In this document: positions 11,701-21,693 of the stretch, in pieces
Position numbering within the stretch: the first letter of the stretch is position 1
Layout: each line of letters opens with the position of its first letter
IMG/VR virus record: IMGVR_UViG_3300014775_002125
Location: 32,001 to 96,000 of that record
Length of the DNA: 64,000 nucleotides
Source of the DNA: a virus
Reading direction: 5' to 3' (one strand)
Translations under genes and position numbers: made by a program
Notes under the pieces: generated by a model
What the model was told of the DNA's origin: nothing
Database searches by the model: none
Seen by the model: the letters and a program-made list of their open reading frames with translations, nothing else

Positions 11701-14700
11701 ACAGAATGAGAAGCACGAAAAGGATCTGTTGTCTTTTGAGATTTCTAGAGAAAGATCATTAGATTCAGTTATTTACGAGCAGACCTCCCCAGATGAGATT
11801 GCGAGAGTTATTGGTAAACCTACAAGCCATTACGAACAAAGCTACCCTGCACTTCAAAAGAAATCACGAGAGTTCTTTGATGATGCTACAGAAATTAGAA
11901 CACATGAGCAGTTTTTTGAGTTCTATAAGTGGGTGGATAGTACTGTAAAAGAAATCCTAGATAACTTTGTACAGATCTCAACACCTAAAACTGATGCTTG
12001 GAACACTGTAGAGAGCCATGCCTTAGAGCGCGATAAGCTAGACTGGAAGCTCCCTATTTTGAAAACCATCACCTCTACCCATGGACAGTTCGGGAATAGC
12101 AATGAGAGGTCTTTTAGGTGGTCTAAAGAGCATCGTCCTGTAGGTGGGTCACAAGCAGAAAATGGAGACTGGTGGAGAAAGAGAGCTACTAGGGATGGAG
12201 ACCTGACTGTTGGCGCCTCTGTAGATGCCGATAGAGAGACTTTGAGACAGCGAATCTTCACTGACAGCTACTACTCAAGCTCTAATGATCCAGTCTATCA
12301 GGTCGCTAAGAGTCATCCAACAACTGGGACTTATGTACATCGACCAGACTACTACAGAAACTTTGGGAAACAGCAGGGCACAAAGCTCGTCAAAGGAAAT
12401 AGCTCTAAGTTCATTACCTACAAAAACCGAGATATGTTCAAGAGCAACATCAAGGTGGACGGTGAGAGGGTTGCTTTTAACATCCCCAAAGAAATCTACC
12501 TAATTTTCTCAGCTTCTTACAAGAGAGACGTTGATGTAGATACCAATGTAGTGATTAAGCGAAGAGCAGTTTACAAGGCTCGCTCTGAGATGGGTCGTGA
12601 AGACTATATTTCCGCTGACGCTAACAGAATTATGCCCTTCAAGATCTATTCTGCTAGCATTGATGGGGGTTACAGCGATAGCCTTGCAACTAACTTTACG
12701 AGTGGGTCGGACATTACTAACCTCCACCAAGACTATGCAGACGACATTGAAGCCACACAGATGCAAGGAACATTCTCAGAGAGGTTTGTCGGTGGCCGTT
12801 CAGTTCGTCACGTCCCTGTAAACTCTGGAAACGACTCAAGGTCAACACGCCCAGAAGAGTTTCACATCCTTATTGGTAACTTGTCGATCCCCACAGGTAC
12901 TATCGGTGTTACTGGTCCTGACTATCCTATTGGTGGTACTGCTGGGTACCCCGCGTGGAGCTACCCAAGAGCCCAATATTACCGAGCAGTCCGACAGAAG
13001 ACACCGATCAGCGTAAAGAACTACAAAATGACCACGAGTTCTTTTGGTAACTTTACGAATAACCACCAGATTCTATTTGTCAACAAGGACCACTCTCTAC
13101 AACATTGGTTCAGAGATAACTTAACGTTCTCTCAGAGTGCTTCTCCTTTTGTTACTGGCGCCGTAGACTACTTAGTACCAACGAGTTCTAAGCTAGAGTC
13201 GCATTATGTACAGAGATTTAGTTCTCCCGGTGGTTTTGATAGTAACTTCTTGGATTATGAGACCTCACAGTACTCTCCATACAACTCTGTGAACTATCGT
13301 AACCTTAATGTGCGAATCCCAAGAAACGAGTTGTTCAAGAGGCACTCAGGACAGTTCGGTGTAGACATTGATAACAGCACTGTAGGGGCTTTCCATAAGG
13401 TTCCTCGTAACAGTTTTGTAAGAGTAGAGAATTCAGGGTCTTCTACTGCCGAAACTACTAAGTATGACAACGAGTTTATCCAACATGCGATCCCAAGGAA
13501 GTGGAAAGCATACCATTGGATCACTCAGTCTTACACTGGCAGCGAGATTTACACAGAACCGACCGAATCACTACGAGGATACATTGAAGATCCCGGATTT
13601 ATTCGTGATTACACCCTTAGCGGCAACACTGGATCATTCTCAGTCAGTACTTTTAGTCAGAAGTCGTTCAATACCTCTTCATTTACTTTAGAAAACACTA
13701 AAGTTACTGACATTTATACGGCAGCAGACCATGAGATGCTTAACTCTTACCTAAACTCTGAACACTCTAAGTTTATGTACAGCCCCTTGATCCAAACTAG
13801 AGTTGCTGAGAGACTTTTGAGGAACAAAAAGGACGCTTACAACCTCTTCCAAGTGTCTGAAGTGTTTGACAATGACCACTCTGTGAACTCTTTTATCACT
13901 TACGAAGAGTCTCCCTTGAAGTTCGACAAGCCTTTCCGCTCTAAACTAGTAAGCGGTGAGCAGACCTACAACTTTACCTATGCTGGGCTCGCAGAACGCT
14001 ATAATTTTGCTGACAAACGCATTGGTGCAGCACTTGGTATGCCTGAAGACCCTAAAAAGCAGTTTGTCTACAGTAAACTTATGGAATTAGAGGCTGAAGG
14101 TGACTTTGAGACCGTATATGGGGACCACCAAGAGCTTGTTTATTCCAAGAAATTGTTCCCAAGACTCCAGAATTACGGCCTAAAACGCAACAGATTAAGA
14201 GAAAACTACACAGAAGTTGCTGGTACTGGGTCAAATGGTTACGACAGAGTACTCAATGACCGTAGAACCTTCTGGAAAGACACTGACAAGAGCCGTTCTA
14301 GTCACCTAAACGTACTTGGAGAGGGTTGGGGTAGGAACTACTGGCCTTTGGGCAGTAACAACTACGTTACACACGCTCTTGATGGTAACTACTATGAGAT
14401 TTTTGGTGGTGGCTCTTATGTTACTATTGAAAACGAGGAAACCGCTGAACTTTCTCTCTCTTATCTAGTTTCGGCAGGTGGCTTTAGCTATCCTGATGTC
14501 TTGATCCATTCTATGTTTGGTACTGGTCAGGCTACTGGGTCATTTCAGGGGACCTCTTATGGTGATGCGGTTGATTCAGCGTACTACACGACTCACATTG
14601 CAACCACACCCTTCGTTTATGGGGTGAGTCTAGGTAGATTCACTGGGTTTATTTACCCTTATGACACTGAGCAAATCTCTGGTAAGTCTCCTATGTACGA

Positions 14701-16921
14701 CACCTATGAAGATTATGCAGTAGACTTGAAACCTCACAACAAGAAGTACTCCCTTGTCTCTCAGTACTCTAACAAAGAGAACTTAGAGTTTTTGAATGGG
14801 AACGACAACAAACTAAAAGGCAATAAGAAGTTTTTGAGGTTGGATGGTGCCACTTACGATGCTTCAGCGGAGACAGAAGAAGGTAGCTTTAACAAGAACT
14901 TCTTTGAGACCTACTCGTTTACCGACATCCTGAGAAATATCACTGAGGTTCGTCTGGAAAATAAGAATAAGACATCAAAGAAATGGAAGTTCAAGGCGTC
15001 TGCTCTCAAGAAGATGCTACCAGAGAATGGGTTCTATCCTGTTACTTATTTGACTCAGATGGCTGGTGTGTTCAGTTCCTCTTATGCTCCTTATATCAGT
15101 GGCTCAGAGTATTCTACACATCCATCATTGGCCCTACAGTCTCTAATGCAGCCCTTCTATGCTCCCGGAATGGCGTTTAACGCTATTAAGAGTGGTCTAG
15201 CAGTTGACTGGCCAATCTTTACGTCTTCTCTACAGGAGAACCTAGCAGTTATCGGTACAGAGCCAACCCCACTACACTACGTTATGCACAACACTAGTGG
15301 TTTTGACTCAAGGATTCCGTTCAAGGCTCTATATGATGAAAACGTAGACATGCCATCGAACAAAAACGTTTACCTTCTAGCTCCAGACAAACTCTATGCC
15401 TCTACAGGTAGCTCTGGTACTAGATTCCCTTACGTTAACTGGGATGGTACACGGAAAACAGACCATAAGAAAGGCTTTAGTTCCTTCATCAGTGGTACCA
15501 AAGAGTTCTTCACAGGGGACCTTGTAGAGATTACCAGTAAACAAGAGAAAGACTTCAAGCCTATGGTCTCTGGTAGTTCCTATTACATGGACATTATTCT
15601 AAGAAAGACCTCTGATTTCGATATTATTAAGAGCAACAACCCAGACTTCCCTGTCTCAGGCTCTTTAGAGCTTAAAGAGTATAACGGCCAGTATTTTGGG
15701 CCTCCCTCTAAGTACGAAGTGGACCCCTCAAATGGCGCTTCAGTCGATACAAGGGCATACAACTTTGCGGACCCTGCTTACGCTCCATATACACCTCCTT
15801 ACTTCTATGGGACAGCGAAAGCAAGGATCAAATTCACAGCTACAGAGACCAGAAAGTACTCTCTAGACGAAATCCTATCTGAAGCTATTAAAAACGTAGA
15901 GTATCTAAACGATGTTGTGGAAACAGGGGACCTAAGCATCTCTGGAGTAGGCGCAGCAACTGAAGGTGAGGCCAATGAGGTACTCGCACGGAACTCTATC
16001 ATGAATCTTGACGCCTCTGTAGAGCTTTTCAACAAGATTAAGGGGTTCAAAGCTGAATTTGTAGTTAACGAGCCAGCAGCATTGGGCCAGCCTCTAGGTG
16101 TTGTTGGGGGAGACCTTGAGCTTAACACTCTACAGCAGCCAGAGGATACTTCTTACGACAGATGGAGAATTAATCCTATCTTTGAGTGTCCTGCGTTAAA
16201 CTTCAGTGGGTCAACCTCTACTAGACCTGTCAGTGGCCAAGAAAACTATGCGGGTTACGGAATTTGGAGCACTTACGGCGAGGTTCCCACAAGCACTCAG
16301 GGTATTTTCCTCGAAGTTGTTGAAAGTTTCGATGAGAGTGAAAAAACAGACCCAACACTCTCTGGATCTTTGATAGATATTTGTGGGTTCGAAAACTCTA
16401 CAAGACAAATCGGAACCCTTAAGGAAAAAAGCCAACTCTCAGAAGGACTAGTAGTAATTCCTTTTGTTAATGAGACTTCCGATGAGGGCGTTGTAGAATA
16501 TGACGACAAGTTTTTCTTTAAGATGGGCGAAGGTAAGCTAAAAGGAGATCTTCTAGGGTTCTTAAACAAATACAACCTGCCTCCTAAGTATGATTTCTTG
16601 AAGCAGGACGTTGAGCCATTCCTATTCATTCCTTTTGAGTTCCATAAGGACGTTCAGAAGGGAGAACTAGCAGACATGTGGCAAGGACTACTACCAAGCA
16701 CTCTAAGGTACGCTGAAGAAGACTCACATACCTTTGAGATTGACGTAGAGACCCTAGAAGAAGCTGGAATTAAAGAGCTACCAGACAATGTTCAGTTTAT
16801 GGTGTTCAGGGTCAAGAAAAAGTCCCATAATCAAGACGGGAACTACTACAACTGGCCCCATGATTACTACACATTGATTGAAAACGTTAACCTAGAAGTA
16901 GATATCGAGTTTAAGAAATGA
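8711..16921 (+). CDS. Giant virion protein (2736 aa) with an N-terminal LamG/concanavalin A-like domain; probable baseplate/adsorption component
   Basis: GFTFEWW...FRHYAVTV...YVNG...SLDEVRIWKTRRT is a LamG-like pattern, followed by YYKFNEG...DYSG; lies in the baseplate cluster. Confidence 0.7.
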   Translation: MSIKKLFQSKDLSLKDIKPSKSRVKSLALNKKQFVVPVDFSTPENFVKYGLAEVQYQSAFVKIYNTYPYDGTLEDVETWYNELSSFERYIFDEKYPRGTGYVKLGTTWNRDVTDSSGQYGLSTAPNYITFSGSAGNGFDYPGQRRSETRNSFKDNANIWKPSENLDQNVKLDFESGFTFEWWMAKDGFNSGSTKREVILDLWNGETGASNGRLILEMTASAGSDSCLMLSVYSGSSNYVKELQVGTGSTLSTASVGDNSFRHYAVTVESGSSNLNIKTYVNGLVNESRDTAITGTPFTSISGTYKGRLGGLLTTVSTGTGSVGYGSLISSSLDEVRIWKTRRTEEEIYQNYNKTLFYGAATGRVENYLSVYYKFNEGITGTGSIDQTIMDYSGRVVNGLFYNYESTNRNTGSALVESSKANKEYQEPTLYSFHPDVVSVSDDLRTSGSNYDAQNPTSLWNTLPFYLRNEQEIEILDPDNLPTSELKKLCHLIGTSFDDFALAIDYLPKLKDREYLSGSQDPRSFVETLLHEEGLEFSTLFGDEDILTKLKNTDGNKVFDKSLEYVKGKIYENLYVSMNSINESKGNDEAFVKALRAVGVDENLVNINRYIKNSTRTYTTNYKVSENNKRFLNFYQSGSLSSTLTQATGSESGNARSYIGFHANKLYRDYSPFTMRFSTFMPRKLRQDSKAFFGVDFKTASIGGLRQSSGQLDYTWATNESASLNLMFVKKSSESPSGYYLLTGNVGGTNVELTSSNLTNVYQDTQWDLFVSLVNDKYPLGDKLTGTLSGSYTLSFHGIESLNDTITRTFEKTLSVPFADGSSFLGVDRRAYLGAHRQNFTGSVQQKSDVGIFDFQVIEEKLTNEDRESFAKYGKYADNPSKFRKAFLSSVVSGSNVELAPEISTLLTWDFTDVKRTTDASGEFYLEDLTSGSAARRTSLGAWGAAFAYHYPGQAYSFPLEHVANRKSSVPQIKQLGVDEVSPTSNVRILNFDDAIFKQNEKHEKDLLSFEISRERSLDSVIYEQTSPDEIARVIGKPTSHYEQSYPALQKKSREFFDDATEIRTHEQFFEFYKWVDSTVKEILDNFVQISTPKTDAWNTVESHALERDKLDWKLPILKTITSTHGQFGNSNERSFRWSKEHRPVGGSQAENGDWWRKRATRDGDLTVGASVDADRETLRQRIFTDSYYSSSNDPVYQVAKSHPTTGTYVHRPDYYRNFGKQQGTKLVKGNSSKFITYKNRDMFKSNIKVDGERVAFNIPKEIYLIFSASYKRDVDVDTNVVIKRRAVYKARSEMGREDYISADANRIMPFKIYSASIDGGYSDSLATNFTSGSDITNLHQDYADDIEATQMQGTFSERFVGGRSVRHVPVNSGNDSRSTRPEEFHILIGNLSIPTGTIGVTGPDYPIGGTAGYPAWSYPRAQYYRAVRQKTPISVKNYKMTTSSFGNFTNNHQILFVNKDHSLQHWFRDNLTFSQSASPFVTGAVDYLVPTSSKLESHYVQRFSSPGGFDSNFLDYETSQYSPYNSVNYRNLNVRIPRNELFKRHSGQFGVDIDNSTVGAFHKVPRNSFVRVENSGSSTAETTKYDNEFIQHAIPRKWKAYHWITQSYTGSEIYTEPTESLRGYIEDPGFIRDYTLSGNTGSFSVSTFSQKSFNTSSFTLENTKVTDIYTAADHEMLNSYLNSEHSKFMYSPLIQTRVAERLLRNKKDAYNLFQVSEVFDNDHSVNSFITYEESPLKFDKPFRSKLVSGEQTYNFTYAGLAERYNFADKRIGAALGMPEDPKKQFVYSKLMELEAEGDFETVYGDHQELVYSKKLFPRLQNYGLKRNRLRENYTEVAGTGSNGYDRVLNDRRTFWKDTDKSRSSHLNVLGEGWGRNYWPLGSNNYVTHALDGNYYEIFGGGSYVTIENEETAELSLSYLVSAGGFSYPDVLIHSMFGTGQATGSFQGTSYGDAVDSAYYTTHIATTPFVYGVSLGRFTGFIYPYDTEQISGKSPMYDTYEDYAVDLKPHNKKYSLVSQYSNKENLEFLNGNDNKLKGNKKFLRLDGATYDASAETEEGSFNKNFFETYSFTDILRNITEVRLENKNKTSKKWKFKASALKKMLPENGFYPVTYLTQMAGVFSSSYAPYISGSEYSTHPSLALQSLMQPFYAPGMAFNAIKSGLAVDWPIFTSSLQENLAVIGTEPTPLHYVMHNTSGFDSRIPFKALYDENVDMPSNKNVYLLAPDKLYASTGSSGTRFPYVNWDGTRKTDHKKGFSSFISGTKEFFTGDLVEITSKQEKDFKPMVSGSSYYMDIILRKTSDFDIIKSNNPDFPVSGSLELKEYNGQYFGPPSKYEVDPSNGASVDTRAYNFADPAYAPYTPPYFYGTAKARIKFTATETRKYSLDEILSEAIKNVEYLNDVVETGDLSISGVGAATEGEANEVLARNSIMNLDASVELFNKIKGFKAEFVVNEPAALGQPLGVVGGDLELNTLQQPEDTSYDRWRINPIFECPALNFSGSTSTRPVSGQENYAGYGIWSTYGEVPTSTQGIFLEVVESFDESEKTDPTLSGSLIDICGFENSTRQIGTLKEKSQLSEGLVVIPFVNETSDEGVVEYDDKFFFKMGEGKLKGDLLGFLNKYNLPPKYDFLKQDVEPFLFIPFEFHKDVQKGELADMWQGLLPSTLRYAEEDSHTFEIDVETLEEAGIKELPDNVQFMVFRVKKKSHNQDGNYYNWPHDYYTLIENVNLEVDIEFKK

Positions 16922-17673
16922 GCTTTTTGAAAGACGATCAGGTAATACAACTAAGAATGACACCAGAAGGCCGCAAAAAGTTGGCCAATGGTGTCTTCAA
17001 ACCCTCTATGTTTTCTTTTGGTGACTCTGATTTGATTTATTCTCAGAGTACCGTAACAGAGAACAGCACAAAGGTTCATGGTAGGCTCAAAGAATCCCTA
17101 AGACTCGAAACACAGGTAGAATATGGAGAGAAAAGACACAATGAGAACCTGTCTTTGCTCGGAAATATCTCTACAAAACAACAAGAAACGCCTTATTTTG
17201 AACTAACCATGAGGAACGCTACGACTGAATTGATTACCTATAGCCAGTCCAACGTTATCCATCAACACTACAAGACTCCTCAAGTAAATCTCAAAGATAT
17301 TCGGAGCTATGTAAAGTCTGAAAAGGAAGATTACGGGCTACTTGTCGATTCTGTGGATGGCTCTGAGATTGAACAGACGGACTTCATTGAACAAACTAAA
17401 GATGGCTACAGATTCTTTATTGACTCCGAGGGCTTTGAGGTTGATTTGAAGGAATGGAATGCTGATGGCGACTTTGAGATTGAACTATACGAGGTACTAA
17501 CAGATTCTGACGGTATTGAGAAACTAGAGGCCGTTGAGTTTGAAAAAGAAGGCAATACATACTTCAGCAACTTTTTTAACATTGAAGTAGACATTGAAAG
17601 AGTCCCACAGACCACTCAAGAAGACACGTCGATTGCTGAACTATATGATTTTGAGGAGTTAGAAAATTGCTAA
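16918..17673 (+). CDS. Virion protein; N-terminus is paralogous to 21694..22632
   Basis: MSFL...MTPEGRKKLANG...FSFGDSDLIY aligns with MAFL...LTDEGRKRLARG...FALADDEINY. Confidence 0.6.
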   Translation: MSFLKDDQVIQLRMTPEGRKKLANGVFKPSMFSFGDSDLIYSQSTVTENSTKVHGRLKESLRLETQVEYGEKRHNENLSLLGNISTKQQETPYFELTMRNATTELITYSQSNVIHQHYKTPQVNLKDIRSYVKSEKEDYGLLVDSVDGSEIEQTDFIEQTKDGYRFFIDSEGFEVDLKEWNADGDFEIELYEVLTDSDGIEKLEAVEFEKEGNTYFSNFFNIEVDIERVPQTTQEDTSIAELYDFEELENC

Positions 17674-19259
17674 AAGCCCTAGAAGAAAAACTTGCAGGTC
17701 TTTTTGAGAACATTAAGATTACTGGTTTAGATATCGACATTAATAACGATAGGAAACCAGATAAAGACAAATTCAAAATGAAGCTCTCTCTCGGTACCAG
17801 TAACCCAATTGAAAAAGGCTCAAAGTACCAGTATCTTAGAAAGTTCATCAAGGTGAGACTGTATGGTTTTTCCGACTCAAGATACGAATTAGCTAGAACA
17901 GGGTTTTGGGAGCGTAAAGGGACGTTCAAAGATATTAAGTTTGATGGTACTGTATATAAAAACAATTCTACATATTACAATGTCAAAGAAACCGCAGATA
18001 CGTTGGACATGGTTTTCCCTAACATCGTCATCCCAGAGCTTAAAGATTTCTACTTAGGTGTTTTGTTATATATTGACTACAAGAGCTTAGGGGACATTGA
18101 AAATATTAAACTTCAGAAAGACTATGAGGACTTTGGGTCTAAGTTGGTTCTTCTACAGGTTTACGACGAGAATGGCTTCAACCCTGTTAGCTTGGTGCAT
18201 TATGTTCCAGATACAAAGGTGCCAACAGTTGGGGAGATTTACCAAGGGCCTTATGTCGAGTTAATAAAAAACAAAAAGATTAACCTTAAAACTCTAGCAA
18301 AAGATAGCAACGGGTTTTATGCAGATTACTCAGAAGATTTTATTGATGGATCTGATGCAGTTGTTGGGACGCAGACTTACAAAGGACTGAACCCACAAAA
18401 ACCGTCAGATGTCTTCACGTTTTTAAAGACAACCGAACTATCTTTGACAAGTCTTGCGAATGTTGTTGACACTACTCCAGTTTTGCCTTTAGTTGAAGTA
18501 TCAGATGGTACCTACAACATAGATATTTACAATAACATGGCTTTGTTGACTGTTAACAAGGGATTCATCGGAAGCACCAGACTTTCTGCTAGTGACTATA
18601 CACCACTTATCAAGTCGTTAACTATTGGTGACTTTAGGTTTGATGCTCCGTTAGTCATAGACAGCGGAGGAAGTTTAACGGTAATTGTGGAAAACAAGGC
18701 TTTCCCAAAGGGTGAACTAACTGTTAAATTAGAGTATACTCTTAGTTCTATCTTGAATTCTAAGCCGTTAGTAGGCTCTCCTTTGATGTTCCCACCATTT
18801 CTCAATGTTACCACTGAGAATGTGTTGAAGAATTTTGCGTTTAAAGTCTCAGCAAGGAAACAGTCTATTCTTAACTTCGACTACCAGACAAGCCAAGCAG
18901 ATATAGACAAACACTACAACCCAACTCCGCCGCCTCCCAAGTCATTTTTTAAAGATGTACTCAGAGATCAGGCAACCCAAGTTATTCTAGAGGCCAGCCA
19001 AAGGTCTACACCGCTAGATTTCCCTAAGAGCGACCAGTTAGTGAATCAACTGACATTATCGACATCCCTTCTGGACTTTTCATTGGATGTAGTGACACCA
19101 CCGACAAAAAACTATGTAATACAGGAGATTTCTAGATTCGACATAAAGGGCACAACGGTTAGCGAAACTTGGGTAAACTCAGTGCTTGGAGTTATCCCCG
19201 GAAAGCTGCAAAGAGTGTTAGAAGGCAATAACGAAATGTTTAGATTTATTGGGAAATAA
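17667..19259 (+). CDS. Hypothetical protein (530 aa, TTG start)
   Basis: Long ORF with GAGGAG upstream of a TTG that overlaps the previous stop. Confidence 0.65.
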   Translation: MLKALEEKLAGLFENIKITGLDIDINNDRKPDKDKFKMKLSLGTSNPIEKGSKYQYLRKFIKVRLYGFSDSRYELARTGFWERKGTFKDIKFDGTVYKNNSTYYNVKETADTLDMVFPNIVIPELKDFYLGVLLYIDYKSLGDIENIKLQKDYEDFGSKLVLLQVYDENGFNPVSLVHYVPDTKVPTVGEIYQGPYVELIKNKKINLKTLAKDSNGFYADYSEDFIDGSDAVVGTQTYKGLNPQKPSDVFTFLKTTELSLTSLANVVDTTPVLPLVEVSDGTYNIDIYNNMALLTVNKGFIGSTRLSASDYTPLIKSLTIGDFRFDAPLVIDSGGSLTVIVENKAFPKGELTVKLEYTLSSILNSKPLVGSPLMFPPFLNVTTENVLKNFAFKVSARKQSILNFDYQTSQADIDKHYNPTPPPPKSFFKDVLRDQATQVILEASQRSTPLDFPKSDQLVNQLTLSTSLLDFSLDVVTPPTKNYVIQEISRFDIKGTTVSETWVNSVLGVIPGKLQRVLEGNNEMFRFIGK

Positions 19260-19263
19260 CATA

Positions 19264-21678
19264 ATGAGCTTAAAAAAAGAACTTTTTAAACAATTAGTGA
19301 CCCAAACTGAAACAGCGCCGGACCTTAAGCAAAGGGTAGCGACCAAAGATATTTGTGGGGTAGAGGTCACTTCCCCTCCAACAACTGCTGTTTTGGATAC
19401 TTCACTGTTTAACAGGAACCCCCTAAAGACAGAAAAGTTCGTCCCTCAGACTCAACTCCAAGCCTCAAGTAAAGCGCTTGAATTTTATGACTTAGACAAT
19501 TTTAGTGGAAGTAATAAAGATCCATTAAGAGAAGAGTATGGTTCTGAGTGGACTGTAAAAGCAAATAAAATTCGTAGGAAAGAGGGGACAAACCTAATCC
19601 CTAAAAGAAAATCTGTATTTTTTACGGAAGAAACCAAGATAGGTGAGATCAACAGAGTTTACACAGTCAACGGCTCCACCAGCACATTCCCAGAGCCAAC
19701 AGGTTATTTCTATGACCTTCATTTTTCTGTGAACGTTCCAGTGGAAAGGACAACTTTAAGAAACAATGCGTCAGCTAAAAACATTTACGAGTCTGAAGTT
19801 GTCTACAATTACTACAATGAGAACTTTGAAAAAAGCTACAAGAGTGATAGAGTGAATGAAAGGATTTTGCCAAACATTACTGTGGTTACCTCTGAACTGT
19901 CACAAGATTATGACAGGTTTGCCGACCATGTTTATTTGGCAGATAAGCTTTCTAAGTCTACCTCTTTATTCAGGTTTAAGGATTACATTGCGAATTATGG
20001 CAGTGAAGTAGAGGGCATTGTAAGGGACAACCCCGAAAAAATACGAGAAGTCGAGAGGCCCTTTGAGAATGTGTATATTGCCTCTAGTGATTACAACGGT
20101 GACTACAGTGAATCTCTGAGAAAACGTGCAGTGTTTCCCATGGCCTCTAAGCTAAGTCTTCCAACGTTCATGAACTATGGGGAGTTAGGCAAAGACATTG
20201 TAAACTCAGGGCTGGACTCTAGGCTTATGGCGCATGTTGGACTTTTCCCAAGTACGGTATCGACTTTAGAAGAATTACCAAGCGACCCAAATACGTTAAC
20301 AAAGTTTTCAAGATTTTCAAGACCGTTCAAGGTTAACATAAGAACCTCGACCGATATTTTTGGTTTTTCAGAGCCATTAGAAGTTCGCGACGAAAATATA
20401 ACGGTTTATAGTTTTGATGGTTGGCTTGAAAATTATCTATCCGAAGTCGTTGAGTCTTCGCTAGATGAAAAGGAAAAACTCTCTAAAAGAGCCTTTGGTA
20501 ATGAAAGGCAATATTTAAATTCTATCTTTCTAGGGCAAACTGAACAAGACGTTAAAGATCTTGAAGACAAAGAGTATAGTGCTTTAACAGCCTTGACTGG
20601 TATGTTTTTTAGTAAGAACTACCGAGATATCCTAAAGAAAAAGTCTAGGTCCATTCAAGAGATTTTCAGCGGCAAGAAAGCGCACTCTGAGACGTTGTTC
20701 TACATCATCAAGAAGAGAGATTTTTTGGGTAACTTGATTCAAACTTTTTTCGTGAATCCATATAACAATGATCTATTAGAACTTTTAGATACGCAGGTAA
20801 AGTACGGTAAGCAATACTTCTATCAAGTTATTCAGGCTAGATTTGTATTGGGCTCTAGGTACTCCTACAAAAGGGTAAAGAATGCTATAGATCGCGATCT
20901 AGTAGTAACAGTCGAGCCTTACCCTGTGGTTGCTGAGATTGATCTTTTTGAAACGTCTTTGACAATTACAGATGCCAACCCAATGCCTCCAGATGTTGAG
21001 TTCAGATTTTATCGAAACAACCCTGAGAAAGCTCTTGTTCTGTTGAGGCCCGGACAAGGATCTGTGACAGAGTTTCCAGTGTTCATTGACCCTGATGATT
21101 TCATTGACGGTAGTACACAGGTAGAGTTTAAAAAAGACGATAGACCCAAAGAGTATGTCCTATATGTAACTGATGAAAAACCAAGAGACTATGAAGACTT
21201 TGCAGGTAAATCAAGTAGGTTCCAAGTAGGCTCGGCAGCGGTGAAAGCAATTCCTGTCAGTGTTGAACCTAATAAAGACTATTGGGTTACTTTTAGAACT
21301 AAGGATATTCACGATAAATTGTCAAATCCAACATCAGTCTATCAGCTTAGAATGATTTACGAAAATGGTGTTTTATTACCAACCAAGAAGATATATAACT
21401 TTGAGGGAGAAATGAGAGAACCAGTAGAGTTTTTCAAGAATTTCAAGGTAACTCCCTCAGAATTGCAGTTAGAAATTGATAATTCTGCACTAGTTAATAA
21501 GCTTGCTAAGGATGTAACAACGAAAGATATCCAATTAGAGGCTGAGAATAATACTAGAAGAATTTGGAATGACGACACAAACACTAGGAAGTTCAAGATT
21601 AGGGTTACTTCAAAGAACTCTGGTAAGTCCCTAGATATAAACTACAAAATGCTGTTAGAGCGGAAACAACAAAAATAA
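19264..21678 (+). CDS. Hypothetical virion protein (~800 aa) with a beta-rich C-terminal region
   Basis: Long ORF in the structural cluster; ATG at 19264 preferred over the TTG at 19249. Confidence 0.65.
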   Translation: MSLKKELFKQLVTQTETAPDLKQRVATKDICGVEVTSPPTTAVLDTSLFNRNPLKTEKFVPQTQLQASSKALEFYDLDNFSGSNKDPLREEYGSEWTVKANKIRRKEGTNLIPKRKSVFFTEETKIGEINRVYTVNGSTSTFPEPTGYFYDLHFSVNVPVERTTLRNNASAKNIYESEVVYNYYNENFEKSYKSDRVNERILPNITVVTSELSQDYDRFADHVYLADKLSKSTSLFRFKDYIANYGSEVEGIVRDNPEKIREVERPFENVYIASSDYNGDYSESLRKRAVFPMASKLSLPTFMNYGELGKDIVNSGLDSRLMAHVGLFPSTVSTLEELPSDPNTLTKFSRFSRPFKVNIRTSTDIFGFSEPLEVRDENITVYSFDGWLENYLSEVVESSLDEKEKLSKRAFGNERQYLNSIFLGQTEQDVKDLEDKEYSALTALTGMFFSKNYRDILKKKSRSIQEIFSGKKAHSETLFYIIKKRDFLGNLIQTFFVNPYNNDLLELLDTQVKYGKQYFYQVIQARFVLGSRYSYKRVKNAIDRDLVVTVEPYPVVAEIDLFETSLTITDANPMPPDVEFRFYRNNPEKALVLLRPGQGSVTEFPVFIDPDDFIDGSTQVEFKKDDRPKEYVLYVTDEKPRDYEDFAGKSSRFQVGSAAVKAIPVSVEPNKDYWVTFRTKDIHDKLSNPTSVYQLRMIYENGVLLPTKKIYNFEGEMREPVEFFKNFKVTPSELQLEIDNSALVNKLAKDVTTKDIQLEAENNTRRIWNDDTNTRKFKIRVTSKNSGKSLDINYKMLLERKQQK

Positions 21679-21693
21679 ACTTGGAGAAAACAA

